Below, piece by piece: positions 37,691 through 49,251 of a stretch of 64,000 nucleotides of DNA. How positions within the stretch are numbered: the stretch's first letter is position 1; each line of letters opens with the position of its first letter. Under the pieces are notes generated by a model, which saw nothing but the letters and a program-made list of their open reading frames with translations, did not search any database and was not told the origin of the DNA. The stretch is from Octopus vulgaris (lineage: Eukaryota): assembly GCA_951406725.2 (NCBI GenBank), contig OX597815.1, positions 29,202,001-29,266,000 on the forward strand, written 5' to 3'. The position numbers were made by a program, and so were the translations under genes.

Positions 37691-39480
37691 GTGCCAGGGG
37701 AGGCTGGCAGCATCCACGATCAGTTGGTGCTTTTTGCGTGCCACCGGCACAGAAGCCAGTCAAGGCGGCGCTGGCATCAGACACGTTCGGATGGTGCGTT
37801 TTACATGCCACCGCCTCAGGTATCACAACTACAATTTCCATTTGATATTTATTTTCATGTTGATGTACTTGACTCAATAGGTCTCCTCAAGCTGACATTT
37901 ATTTTGATGTTCAAGGTTACTGTTATCTGCATATTTTAACACAGTAACATGTTTCAAGTCAGCATCTATTTGATTAATGTATGCAATAAATAACAGGCGA
38001 CGGAGAACAGGTCTCTGTGGGGAAACGATATGTTATCACAAAAGCTGTAGAATGTCGTCCTAGTATTAATGTCATACTCTTTTCAACCTAGAACGAAGGA
38101 CTTCAACCAGTTATAAAGATTGGCCTTCCTTATCCACTGCAGAAAATTGCCCAATAAGTTGTTTGCGTGGTATCAAATTAAAGGTTTTGGTGAAGTGGAG
38201 ACAGATAACATCCATCCATGAGCTGCCAACAATTATTCAGGTGATGTTTTCAAGAAATTCGTTGAGCTGACTGCAGCAGATGGAGCTGGGGATAAATAAG
38301 GTTATGAGAGTTCCAGAGATTCAAGAGAGCCATTCGAATACAGGACTCCATTAATTTGGCAATATAGATTGTGAGACTGACTGGATGGGACTTGACAGGT
38401 GATTTGTGCTCACTGTTTTAGAACAGGAGGATAAATAATACTGGTAATTTTCCACTGTTCCAGGGTAACACAGCTATTAAAGTGAAGTTGAAAAGTAGTG
38501 AAAGCTAGTTAGCCGTTTGTATTTGCCCATTGTATTTGAGAAGCAAACACCATCAAAACCAGGGGTGGCATAGTTGTGCATACATTTATGCAGTATTGCA
38601 GGAGTAAATTCAACAAATGTTTTGGAATTTGAATTTTAAACAGTAAAAATGCTAGCATAACATTCAGCCAATAAGTTCTGCACATTCTTTGGGATCATTA
38701 CTCTGACCTGTGTGGGGATTACAAAAAGGGCCAACTAGAGAGTGAGGCCTCTCTTCTGAACACACACATTTCCAAAACACTTTATTATCTGGATGGATTG
38801 CTATATGTTGTTCAAGTATTGCCTTTTTTAGTCACCTGCTTAATATGGTTGGACACTGTTGCACCTTCTATTATCCAGTTCTGTGTAATCTGAATTCATG
38901 TTCAGCATCCTTTTATTCTTTCCTGTGAAGGTGGACTGCTGCAGTCTCCCATACTGCATGTTTGGGGTCTCTAATGCATTTAAGCAGTAGATATTCTGCA
39001 CACAATCCAAATTAAATTAAGAGTGTGCTGATATCTCCAGAATCATAAAATGCAAGCAGTCTGGGTGCATAATTCAGCACATTATGACTTCCTATCAAAG
39101 CAAGCAGTCTATGGTGGATTTCTTCCAAAGCAAGCAGGGATGGTGGATTTCTTTCTGCCCACAAGAGACTGATTGGCAATGATCATAGCGCAGTCAGAGT
39201 TGCCTAAAAGTTTCCTGATAGTTATGCTGATAACAGCTTCAGGAGCAATGGCGAACAACAGATCCAAAGTGATGTTACCTCTTGTGGTGGAGGTAACTAC
39301 TTGAGACCTGTACTATGTCAAGGAAATCATTTGCGCTTTGCAGCCAGTGAAAGGATTCCAAATCAATCTCTGAGTAATTGAAATCACCAGTGTTTTCCTG
39401 GATGCAGCCCTAAGGATGTCAAAAAGATGTGTGTCTTGCCAGTAGTTTAGTGAACAGGAAACAGCCCTGAGTGGTAGTGC
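37200..39480 (-). mobile_element. heavily decayed CR1-clade LINE ORF2 (EN + RT)
   Basis: GDFNYSEID (~39360-39390), SQLNEFLENIT..MDVICLHFTKTF (~38180-38275), LLFIAYINQID..VLKYADN (~37922-38000), RIVEAWNKLP (~37282-37312). Interrupted at 37648-37892. Confidence 0.8.
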
Positions 39481-41009
39481 TGATGTGCTTATACAAATAG
39501 TGTAGGAAAGTATATTCTTTTGCTAGCTCAAATCATTGCAACAAATTGCTGAAAAAACAAAATTATGGACCAAAATATCAACTACTATTTTCAAATTAGA
39601 AAATGTGGTCAACTCTGAGGATTCAGAGAAAAAAAAATTAAGACATTTTCTTCACTCAAAGAGAATATTTACCAGACATAAATTTGACATCAATCTCATT
39701 TTTGCGAGGAGTTACTTAAAGCATTGGGCTGTAAGCATCATTCAAAACTTCATTTCTATGCAGGATATCAAAGACAAATCAGAGTGGCAATGCCTACTCT
39801 TCTTTAAACTATAATACCACATCAACAGCTAATAAGACAGCAAGCTAACAAATTAGTCATGAATTATCTTTGAAACAGCTAATGCTACTGTGCCAAATTA
39901 ATTATGTGTTAACACCCAAGTGAAGGCATGTGGCTTGTGGTTAGAGTGCTGCACTCACAATCGCAAGAACATGGTTTTGCTTCCTGAATTGGGTAGTGTG
40001 TTGTATTCTTGGGCAAAGCACTTCATTTCACATTACTCCAGTCCACTCAGCTGTAAATAAATAACCTTGTAATGGACTGGGGTCCCATTCAGAGGAAATG
40101 TGAGATCTTGGTCACTTATATACCATGGTAACTGGCCCAAAGAGTCCTAGAACTGAAGATAGTACTTACACCACTCCAACTATATGTTTTTAATGTAGAA
40201 AACATCCGTGGAAAATTTCCCCAGTCATTGTTTCAAATTGCCTTATCAGTTAATGTTTAATCACGCAAAATCTTTATTCTCTCAATCGTTCAGAAATTGC
40301 CAAGTACTGGTTAAATTATGCTTTGTTGAAGGAAACTCCTATTAGATGAAACATGTCCAGAATTTATCACCACACTTACCAGATATCAGATTTGTTACAT
40401 CCAGCAGGACTTCATTCAGTTTTTAAGATGAATTTTGTAGTTGTTCCTTTGTCTTTCTTGACAAGAATTAATCATTAAAACTGATAGATTATACTTCGCT
40501 GACAGGGCCTAGAATTGTCACCACATTGCTAAAGATAAAACTAACTTCCCACAGCAGTCTAATTTATATTCCGGGATGTCTCCTTTACTTGTTTTGACCA
40601 GAATCAAGCAGATAATGAGTGATCTCGTCGCTAAGATGAAAGTTTATAATTCTTAGTTTACTACATCAATTATGCCAGAATATACTTTACTATTAACTTC
40701 TATGCAGTAGGCATAACTGGTTATCTGCGTTCTCAGCATCAACTACCCCAGCCATTATTTTTCTATTTTTCTCGTAGTATAATTTTAACAAAACTTTATA
40801 ACTCACTACATTATCCTATTTGACTACATGTTCTCCATGCATAAAGTATCCTAAGATCCAGTGTCTTGTTTGGTTTTCCAAAACCACGCTTGCACACCCG
40901 CTATTAAAATTAAATTTTCATTTTATCTGGTACTACATGTTTTATGGTCAACCTTTACAAAAATAATAATATAATGAAATTATTGTATAGTGCTCAGGTG
41001 CACCACAAA

Positions 41010-41281
41010 TTGAGGATATGCGACTTAGTATTCAAGAATTTTATATATTCGTTTTTAAAGATTTAATTAAATCGTAAAAAATAGGGATTTTCATAGGAAA
41101 AAAGCACCTTTTTGATGTAAATAATTTTTGGTGTTAACATGGTCCGATTTGAATTTTTTCTTCTACGGAAGGAAGAGCAAGCCTTCTTTTATCATACTCT
41201 CAATTTTGGTCAACTTGCGCCGCAGGGTCTCGAGTTGAAATCTACCAAACCTGCCATACTTCAGCTTTATATAGAGAGAGA
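41010..41281 (-). mobile_element. non-autonomous Helitron-like fragment
   Basis: Minus strand begins A|TCTCTCTCTATATAAAG; 3' end not seen. Confidence 0.4.
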
Positions 41282-41662
41282 TTGCATACTGTAGTTACTT
41301 GACGTTTCAACACTGTTTTTACTTCGCTTTTATATTCCAGACAAACGCATTTTTTCAAAGTAGACAAAATAAATGCCGTTAATACATAAAAGTCTGATCA
41401 ACTGACTTTATCTTTTCCCCTATCCAGTTTGTGAAAACGGGGGAAGAGGTCTCCAATTCATAAATCAGTGCTCACTTCAATTTATATACAATCACATCAT
41501 TTTACTCACATCATTTTAATCACATCATTTACGGAGAAAATTTCTAAATATTATAAAGAGTATCTAAATCACAACACATATATGTTCCAACAGAACTATG
41601 GCCAAATAAGACGAAGAAAATGTTAATAAGAGTGATATCAAACAACTGTTGCGTTGACATAC

Positions 41663-41789
41663 CTAGAACCGGGCCTCTCCCAGCTTCATCTATTCCCAGC
41701 CAACACGGTTTTTCTTTCGTTACATCAGGTACTTTAGAGCTAATTACAAAGTTCTTTTGATTGTTTTTTCTAAATCCAGAGTGATCCAT
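41663..41789 (-). CDS. RNASEH2A: ribonuclease H2 subunit A, first coding exon
   Basis: [42 protein letters not shown](G) carries the RNase HII G(I/V)DEAGRGP catalytic motif with a eukaryotic-length N-terminus. 127 nt, then donor AG|GTATGT (phase 1). Confidence 0.93.
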
Positions 41790-41858
41790 TGCTGCGTGTA
41801 TGCTAATACTTTATGACGAATTAATTCTTAAAGTTTTAATATCACTTTTTCTTTTCAA

Positions 41859-41867
41859 TTTCCCGCC
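41859..41867. promoter_or_regulatory. E2F-type motif TTTCCCGCC
   Basis: Consensus match 70 bp upstream of the RNASEH2A ATG. Confidence 0.5.
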
Positions 41868-42349
41868 TGAAAATTGCAGCTGAGAAATTCAGAGCGGTGT
41901 AAACCTAAAAGTTGTCCACAAAAAAATTCTTCTGTGCTTGGATGGATTTAAATAAAGACATGAAAATAATGCATCTAAGCAAATTCAAATAACTAATTTT
42001 ATTTCTAAATCTGTTTTTCCAAACTCCTGATAATTACATATTATTTTAACGATAAAATAACTCAATATATCAATAAAAACTGCACAGCTGCACGGAGTTA
42101 ATGCCAACGCAACGATTTTTATCGACCAGTTACGTCAGGTTACATTCATAATATTGTTTTCATTTCAACTATCAGCATAGCTTGTAGCTAAAATGCTTTC
42201 TAGATCGAAGAATATACTGTTGCATTTCTATAGCTATATCTGTTCAAAGTTCCCTCTTGTATCAAGAACAGATTTTTAAAACTCTTTTCTTTTTTAAAAA
42301 AATTATATCAATTTGAACCGTGGGATCAAACTAAATAGTAGACAGCTGA

Positions 42350-42380
42350 TAGCGCGCCGGCTTAATGTTCGCGCCAATCA
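42350..42380. promoter_or_regulatory. E2F-like TTCGCGCCA overlapping a CCAAT box
   Basis: AGCGCGCCGG...TTCGCGCCAATCA in a CpG-rich patch. Confidence 0.4.
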
Positions 42381-43396
42381 ACCACGAGGTTTCGGAGAGG
42401 TTTATTTTGTAAACAATAGGAATAAGCGAAGAAAGCAACTATTATACCTAGTGCTTTATATAGCATTATTTTCATGTCTTTATATAGCAACACGGTGACA
42501 AATAAAAATGTTAAACATTTTATCTTTTACAATATATAAGATATTATTTATTTAATTAATTCTGAAAGAGTCCTAAGTAAATGGGATCCAAGTGATTAAA
42601 TGAATATAATCCTGAAACTAAAGAAAGAAAAAGGATCTCCGTAAATAAATAAATAATCAAAATAGAAGCATGCACACTCGAATTCATTGCACATTACGCC
42701 AGGGAAAACTGGTGTTCCCAATTAAACATTTTTGAAACATTCCGGACATTATAACTAACTGCAGGTAATCGCCACGTTGAGATGCTGGTACATCATCCAA
42801 ACATCATTTGATGTTTCAACGAGGTGGACACTAAAAAAATGTCCAAAAAAAAAAAGTCCTTCTCAACACTCCAAATCCACTATTGTTTAAAAAGCTATGA
42901 GTTCTATCGACAGATTATAGTATTTGAGTACTTTCTTTCGCAGTGACCCCATCCCCACCTCGTCTACGTTACAAGACGAAACGAAGTGGTGTCCCATACT
43001 AGGCATCTGCCTCGAGCCCAAGAGCGAAGTGAGGGTCTATCGCGCCTTTTCCCATCATCAATGAAATGACAGCCTAGATGTTTTTCCTGGCTTGGGTAAA
43101 TAATTTAAGGAAAAGAGAATGGGATATAATGATATTCTTGCATTTCTCAGGGGCATAAGAGATACAGAATATTTCCAGACAGAAACTGGAATCGAGTTCT
43201 GAAATTGTTTTAACCCTTCGACGGTTACCTATCTGTCAAAATATTACAGTTTAGCTAAGGTTTGATAAGGAGAATTTCGAATTTTCATTGATTTAAAGTA
43301 ATGAATTGAATATCTATAATTGGTTAACACAATGTAACTTGACCAATTATAGATATTTGATTTATTACTTTATCAGATTGAAACCAGTTTCCATTG

Positions 43397-44501
43397 CTAA
43401 AAGAACAATCTTTTTCTCAAATCACGAGAGTCAATGGTGGTCAGTGCATATTCCCGGTGCTCATAATATTACATGGATGGCAAGTATTGCTTTGTACAGG
43501 ATTCGGGTCTACCGCCAATAGATGTTTTTTTTTTCTACGAAGGTGGCGGGTTTGAACTTAGTACATAAACTAACGAATTACTCATTAATTGTACAATGTT
43601 ATCACTGCTTATGGCAGTGAAATATCTCTTGTAGTAACCAATTTAAGTAGACTATTATTAAAAGTCAAGTGATATAACTCTTCGATCTGGTTCCTTTACT
43701 TTGCTACATGAACACATGTAGCAAACTTCACATTTCTCCCTCTAATAAAGAAACTCGAGTCTCATGCCCCTGTAAGTAGTTGTAAATCCCTGATCAAGCA
43801 GATCATGTCGGACGAAGACAAAAATAATGTTACAAAAAGGCATAATACAGGTTAGAGAAAATGGTTACAATTCATATACATGTCAAATAATGAAATAAAC
43901 AAATAATTAATTTGCCGTAAAATTTCTAAGTTTTCGCATATATTTATAACTACTCATACAATAATTTACGGCAAATTAATTATTTGATATGTATATGAAA
44001 TGTAACGATTTTCTTTAACCAGTATTATGCCTTTTTGTAACTTTATCTTTGCCTTCGTCCTACACGAATCCGTCGATCAGGATTGTTCTGGGCTTTACAA
44101 CTACTTTATATTCTTTATAGGCATGAGACTCGAGTTTCTTTATTAGAGGGGAAATTTTGAAGTTAATTTGTACGTGTAGCAAAGAAAAGGAACTAGATCA
44201 CAGATTAGGATCATGTTACCGCAAATGCATCACCCGAGGTCAAGGCACTTGAATTTTAATAGTAGTATACTTAAATGGGTTACAACTAGAGGTATTTCTC
44301 TGCTACAAGCAATGGTAACATTGTAGAATTAATGAGTAATTCGTTGGTTTGTGCTGAGTTCAAACTTGCCTTCCTGACAGCGGTGGTAGACAAGAATTTT
44401 ATACAAAGCAATGCTTGCTATCCATTTAATATTATGAGCACCGGGAATAAGCGCTGACCAAGTTTGACTCTTGTGATTCGAGAAAAAGATTGTGCTTTTA
44501 G
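43397..44501. repeat. 1.1-kb inverted repeat
   Basis: Arms ~43397-43921 and ~43965-44501. The ORF track shows homologous peptides on opposite strands (43306+, 44547-). Confidence 0.9.
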
Positions 44502-45491
44502 ATTTTTCAAACATTAAACAGATAGTTTGAATACGTGACTTAGACACTACAATTTACATAATGGCATTCGTATACGAAAAAATTACGTTTCCTTCTTTAA
44601 ATAAAATAATGAAACAAAAAATATTAAATCTATTACGTTCCCATGTTTTTTTGTGTGTGTGTGTTTTTCTTGGTTCTGCCAAGTCTAATCAGTTCGTCTT
44701 TTTAGGGGACATGTCTAAGGTTCGTTATCTATGTCCTTCGTTTTGACGGCTTGATGCGATTTATAGAGATTTTGCTGTTATTTCTACAAGTCGTTTTCGA
44801 GATAGAAATTAGGGATCATAAATCTCTCTTAGCCTTATAAAGTATGTCCTAAGAAGGTGGGTAGGTTATCCGTTTAATTTTGAGCCTATACTTGTGTTCA
44901 AAGCCCGCCATACATTCGCAAATGTTTAGCCAGATTTTAGCCCACTAATTTAGCTCGCTAAATATGCTTTTGATTATATTTACTACGTATTGAAAAAAAA
45001 AAAAAAAAGACAATTCGGTGGGTACTGCACGGTAAGATAAACTTCCAGCAACTTTACAAATATTTTCGCTTCAAGCCAAATCAGTTTATGTTGAAGCTTT
45101 GAGAAGAGGAAAATGTCATCTTCATATAATAAAAAAAAAACTTCTTTGCTTATTTGTCTAAATCCTGATTTTTTGTATTTACTATCGAACAAGCCTATTA
45201 CAACTACGAAGAATTTTTTAAAATCAAAAACTGATTGAGGTTTGAGGATTTACAACTGCTTATTAGGCAATGGCCTCGACAATTAATGATTTTTAGGGAG
45301 TTAAACACATATTGTAGACAAGTGCTTTATACACACTTTTGATAAGTTGTGGTGCACCTGAGCACTATACAATAATTTCACTATTATTATTATTGTCTTT
45401 TTTCACCTTTAGAGAATCTCTAATAACACCGTCAGTTTGATGATACAAACAGGAAAATACAACCCGAAACATGAGTATTGTATATATTGAA

Positions 45492-45923
45492 CTAGCAGTA
45501 TCGCCCGGCGTTGCTCGGGTTTGTAAGGGAAATAACTATATAAGCATTTTTAGAGAGTTATAGCCAAAAAAATGGAAAAAAACGATGGTAAATTCTTTTT
45601 AAATCGTTGACTCATCGTAGACATTTTTAGAGAGTTAATTCCCTTATATAATAGCGAAAAAATGCATTAAAATGGAAAAAAATTATGGTAATTTTTTTTT
45701 TAATCGTAGACGCGCGTTAATACCCAGAAGGGCTCGAGGATCTTGTTTGGTTCAGTAGGAAAAATTTGAAAAAACTGGCTTCAGAATAGAAAAGATCCGG
45801 GCTGGATATGAATCACGACTATAAGATACCCGCTTTTGGTTAAACTGCACCGCAAAATGTGGGAGTAGTTAGGAATCTAAATCGTAGGAGACAGACATAC
45901 AACTTGACTTTTATATATAAAGA
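45492..45923 (-). mobile_element. complete non-autonomous Helitron
   Basis: Minus strand A|TCTTTATATATAAAA...CCCGAGCAACGCCGGG hairpin...CTAG|T; no TSD. Confidence 0.88.
45738..45798. mobile_element. 61-bp Merlin-like mini-MITE nested in the Helitron
   Basis: GGATCTT...AAGATCC ends; TSD GGGCTCGA / GGGCTGGA. Confidence 0.7.
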
Positions 45924-47678
45924 TATATTCTTTAATTATTAATACCAGTTAGAATGTTTGTCTGTTCCAACGCGTTAAACATTACCATCGTCCGCGGTAA
46001 TGCCGCCAGTGTGTTCAATAAATTCCGTTGATCCTTATAGTGTACGACCGACCGATTGATGCACTTAGTGCGGAGATTTTTTTTCTTTTCTTTCTTCTTT
46101 CATGATTATATTTTCTTCTGTTTGGGATTTACATTTTAATGTGGAATATTTATGTAATTAAAAGTATGCTTTTGAATATGCAACAATCTATGTATAAAAG
46201 AAAATAATGAAAATGAAATAATGTTTAATAAAATAATGCTCTTGTCTTGTAAAAAAATAATAATAATCGTGATCCGGCTTTGCGTACTGAGTTCAAATTC
46301 CGCCGAAGTCGACTCTGCCTTTCATTCTTTTCGGGGTCGCTAAAATAAGTACCAGTTGAACACTGAGGCTGATGTAACCGACCTACCCTCTTCTCGCAGA
46401 ATTTCAGGCTTTGTGTCTAACAAGTGCCAATGCACGAAGCTCTCAGCCCTTGAGTCACTCTATCACTTCAGCCGATTATTATTAGTATTAATAATAATAA
46501 TAATTTTTTCTACGCTAGGCACAACGCCTGAAATTTGTGGGGAGGGACCAGTCGATTAGATCGAATCCCAGTACGCAACTGGTACTTAATTTATCGACCT
46601 CAGCGGAATTTGAACTCAGAACGTAAAGACAGACGAAATGAACTCACACACATACGTAGCTTGTCATTAGGCAAAATACAATTCAGTCGTTAAAACTACA
46701 TAACAACGTTCGTTTAATATTGCCATTCATGGAGTAGCCATTTTGAATTGTTACTAAACAGTTCAGACAAAACAATAAATAGATTGTGAAAAGTATTTTT
46801 TGCCCTAAGAAAATACCGTTAAATACGTTTTGGCCAAAATTTTTTTTTACAGATACTGTTGTTCAAAATATAAAAATCAGAAAACTAATCATAAAATAAT
46901 AATAATAATAAAAAGTTAGCTAGGCAAGTACATGATCCAAAAGTTTGCCAATGTAATGGAAGTTTATAATCATGTTATAGTTCTTCATTTTACTTATAGA
47001 CAATATACTGTATCAAATGTTAATATCTAGAGTGATGGACTGGCAGAATTAGAAAAGATGCCACATGTATTTGTTCTAGTTCTCCATGGTCTGAACTCTT
47101 GGGTAGTACACTTAATCCAATTTAAGAGCACCAAGCTTAGTATATCTGATCAAACAGAACCAAATCAGAGAGGTCTGTGTAGAATATCATCATCCAGCTC
47201 ACTTTAAGTAAAGTGGTGTGGCTACTACTGTGCTTAGTAGTATTACGGGTTATGGTATTCAAAGCAAAAAGTATAAACATAAGGTGCAATTTATATCACT
47301 TCTTCCCTACATATGTTTTACTGTTGTGGCTATTTGCATCTGATGCAGTGGATGTTAGGTACAGATCGGCAATGATTTTTCAGGGGAGTACTTTATTACA
47401 TTATGCTGAAACAGATCAAAAGCATTTGAACTGTTTTACAACATACTTCATTTTATTCAAAATTAGTTGAAATGAAGTACTGCATTTCAATAAAAATATA
47501 GGAAGAAAAAGGTTAATGTTTTACTGTTTTATATATAAGTATACACAAGAACAAGCATTTATTATATATGTGTATATATATATTAGCATGGGTTGGACAG
47601 TTCGACCGGGGTCTGGGAAGCCAGGAGGCTGCACCAGGCTCCAGTCTGATCACGTTAAACGATGATGATGATGATATA

Positions 47679-47704
<26 letters not shown>

Positions 47705-47709
<5 letters not shown>

Positions 47710-48250
47710 GGGTGTATAACTCCAAACTTACAGGGAAAAATTCAATTTAGTATTAAATCAAATTTCACAATATAAAAATCTAATATATATAAATTAGAGA
47801 AAAAACCCTATTATGTAATCCAAACAATAATAGAAATAAACCATATCATAAAGAAAAAAATATATCTAGATCACAAAAAGTACAAAATAATGAATAAACA
47901 TTATATGATAAGTAAAAAGACTATGTATGTTTCATGGCTATAACTTCAATTCGAATTACAATTAAATTTAATCTTTTTACTTTCTCAGATGCAGCATGAA
48001 ATTTTGTCAGTGAACAGGTTGCAGTCTCAAAGCGACAAAAATATTTTGACAAATTAAATTTAAATGTTGAAGTGAATCTAATGGTTTTTTTTGTTTCTTA
48101 AATGGTTTATAAACACCTTCCATGCTGCAATTGTTTCCGTTCCATTATTTTGTACTTTTTGCGATCTAGATATATGTTTTATAATATATTTTATGATTTA
48201 TGTCTATTATTGTTTGAATTACATAATAGTGGTTTTTCTCTAATTTATAT

Positions 48251-48260
<10 letters not shown>
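47705..48260. mobile_element. Penelope-like terminal-repeat remnant with partial inverted copy
   Basis: 47785-47893 is inverted at ~48140-48250; microsatellite flanks; related to 2388-2685 and 53881-54570. Confidence 0.5.
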
Positions 48261-48284
<24 letters not shown>

Positions 48285-48569
48285 ATTACATCAAGGGAGA
48301 TAGCATGAAAACGATCTGTCTCCAGCGTGCTTAAAGTGCCGATATCTTTAAAAACTACCAAAAACTCCAGCTAAATATACACATGGTTGAAAGCGGGCTA
48401 GTGAGAGAAAATTAAAAAGACCTCACGTTAATTGTGAATTGGTTCCAATTTCTGGATTAAAGCAAAAAATAAGCTTTTTTCCTTCATCAGAGTATGCTGA
48501 CTACTTGATTAATGATTTTTATCCTTATATTCTTTTATGAATAAATAAATATATATATATATATAGATC

Positions 48570-49250
48570 ATCATCATCATCATATGTCTGTTTTTCACAC
48601 TGGCATGTGTTGGGTGGTTTGACAGGAGCTGGCTAATTGTCTGTTTTGGCATGGTTTCTTCAGCTGGATGCCCTCGGCCACTTTATAGAATGTGCTGGGT
48701 GTTTTATATATGCCACTGGTACAGATGCATTTACGTAACACTGGCATGAGTGCATTTTACATGGTGCCAGTACCTGCAAAGGACATGTCTGTATGTAGGA
48801 ATGGCCACGATTTTACTTAGCTTGATGTGTCTTCTCCAGTACAGCAAATCACTATAACTCCCTTGTCATTTCCTCAGTAAGGCCCAGCATCTGAAGATCC
48901 TTTCTCACCAGTTCGTCCCACATCTTCCTGGGTCTACCCTTTCCACAATTAGAGATCAGCACTTTTTTAAGCAGCTGTCCTTCATACACATCACATAGCC
49001 ATACCAGCACAATCATCTCTCTTGCATACAACATCTGATGCTTCTTACACCCAGTTTTCCTTTTAAATCATTCCATTTATAAACATATACATAGCTTGAT
49101 GTGTCTTCTCCAGTACAGCAAATCACTATAACTCCCTTGTCATTTCCCCTGTGAGGCCCAGCATCTGAAGATCCTTTTTCACCAGTTCGTCCCACATCTT
49201 CCTGGGTCTACCCTTTCCACAATTAGAGATCAGCACTTTTTTAAGCAGCT
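48570..49250 (-). mobile_element. older RTE LINE 3' end with a ~160-bp duplication
   Basis: CGKGRPRKMWDELVRKDLQMLGLTEEMT; (GAT)n tail near 48570; 48818-48977 is repeated at 49092-49250. Confidence 0.8.
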
Positions 49251-49251
49251 A

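Noticed and set aside
40855-40880. GATCCAGTG..TTTGGTTTTCCA resembling the RNASEH2A DPVFGFP motif
   Set aside because: Wrong strand, out of frame, and no flanking similarity.
41544-41662. C-terminal part of the 81-aa ORF after GPVLG
   Set aside because: Read-through into the intron beyond the AG|GTATGT donor; no RNase H2 similarity.
42940-43090. GC-richer patch upstream of RNASEH2A as an ncRNA
   Set aside because: No recognisable RNA family motif or convincing fold by eye.
43306-44547. Two similar short ORFs on opposite strands as a paralogous peptide pair
   Set aside because: They follow from the inverted repeat; the starts differ and no coding features were recognised.
40960-45395. Inverted ~50-bp repeats (40960-41010 and 45345-45395) bracketing RNASEH2A exon 1, as if a composite transposon
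   Set aside because: Both look like short (ATT)n-tailed retroelement ends inserted independently; no shared TSD seen.
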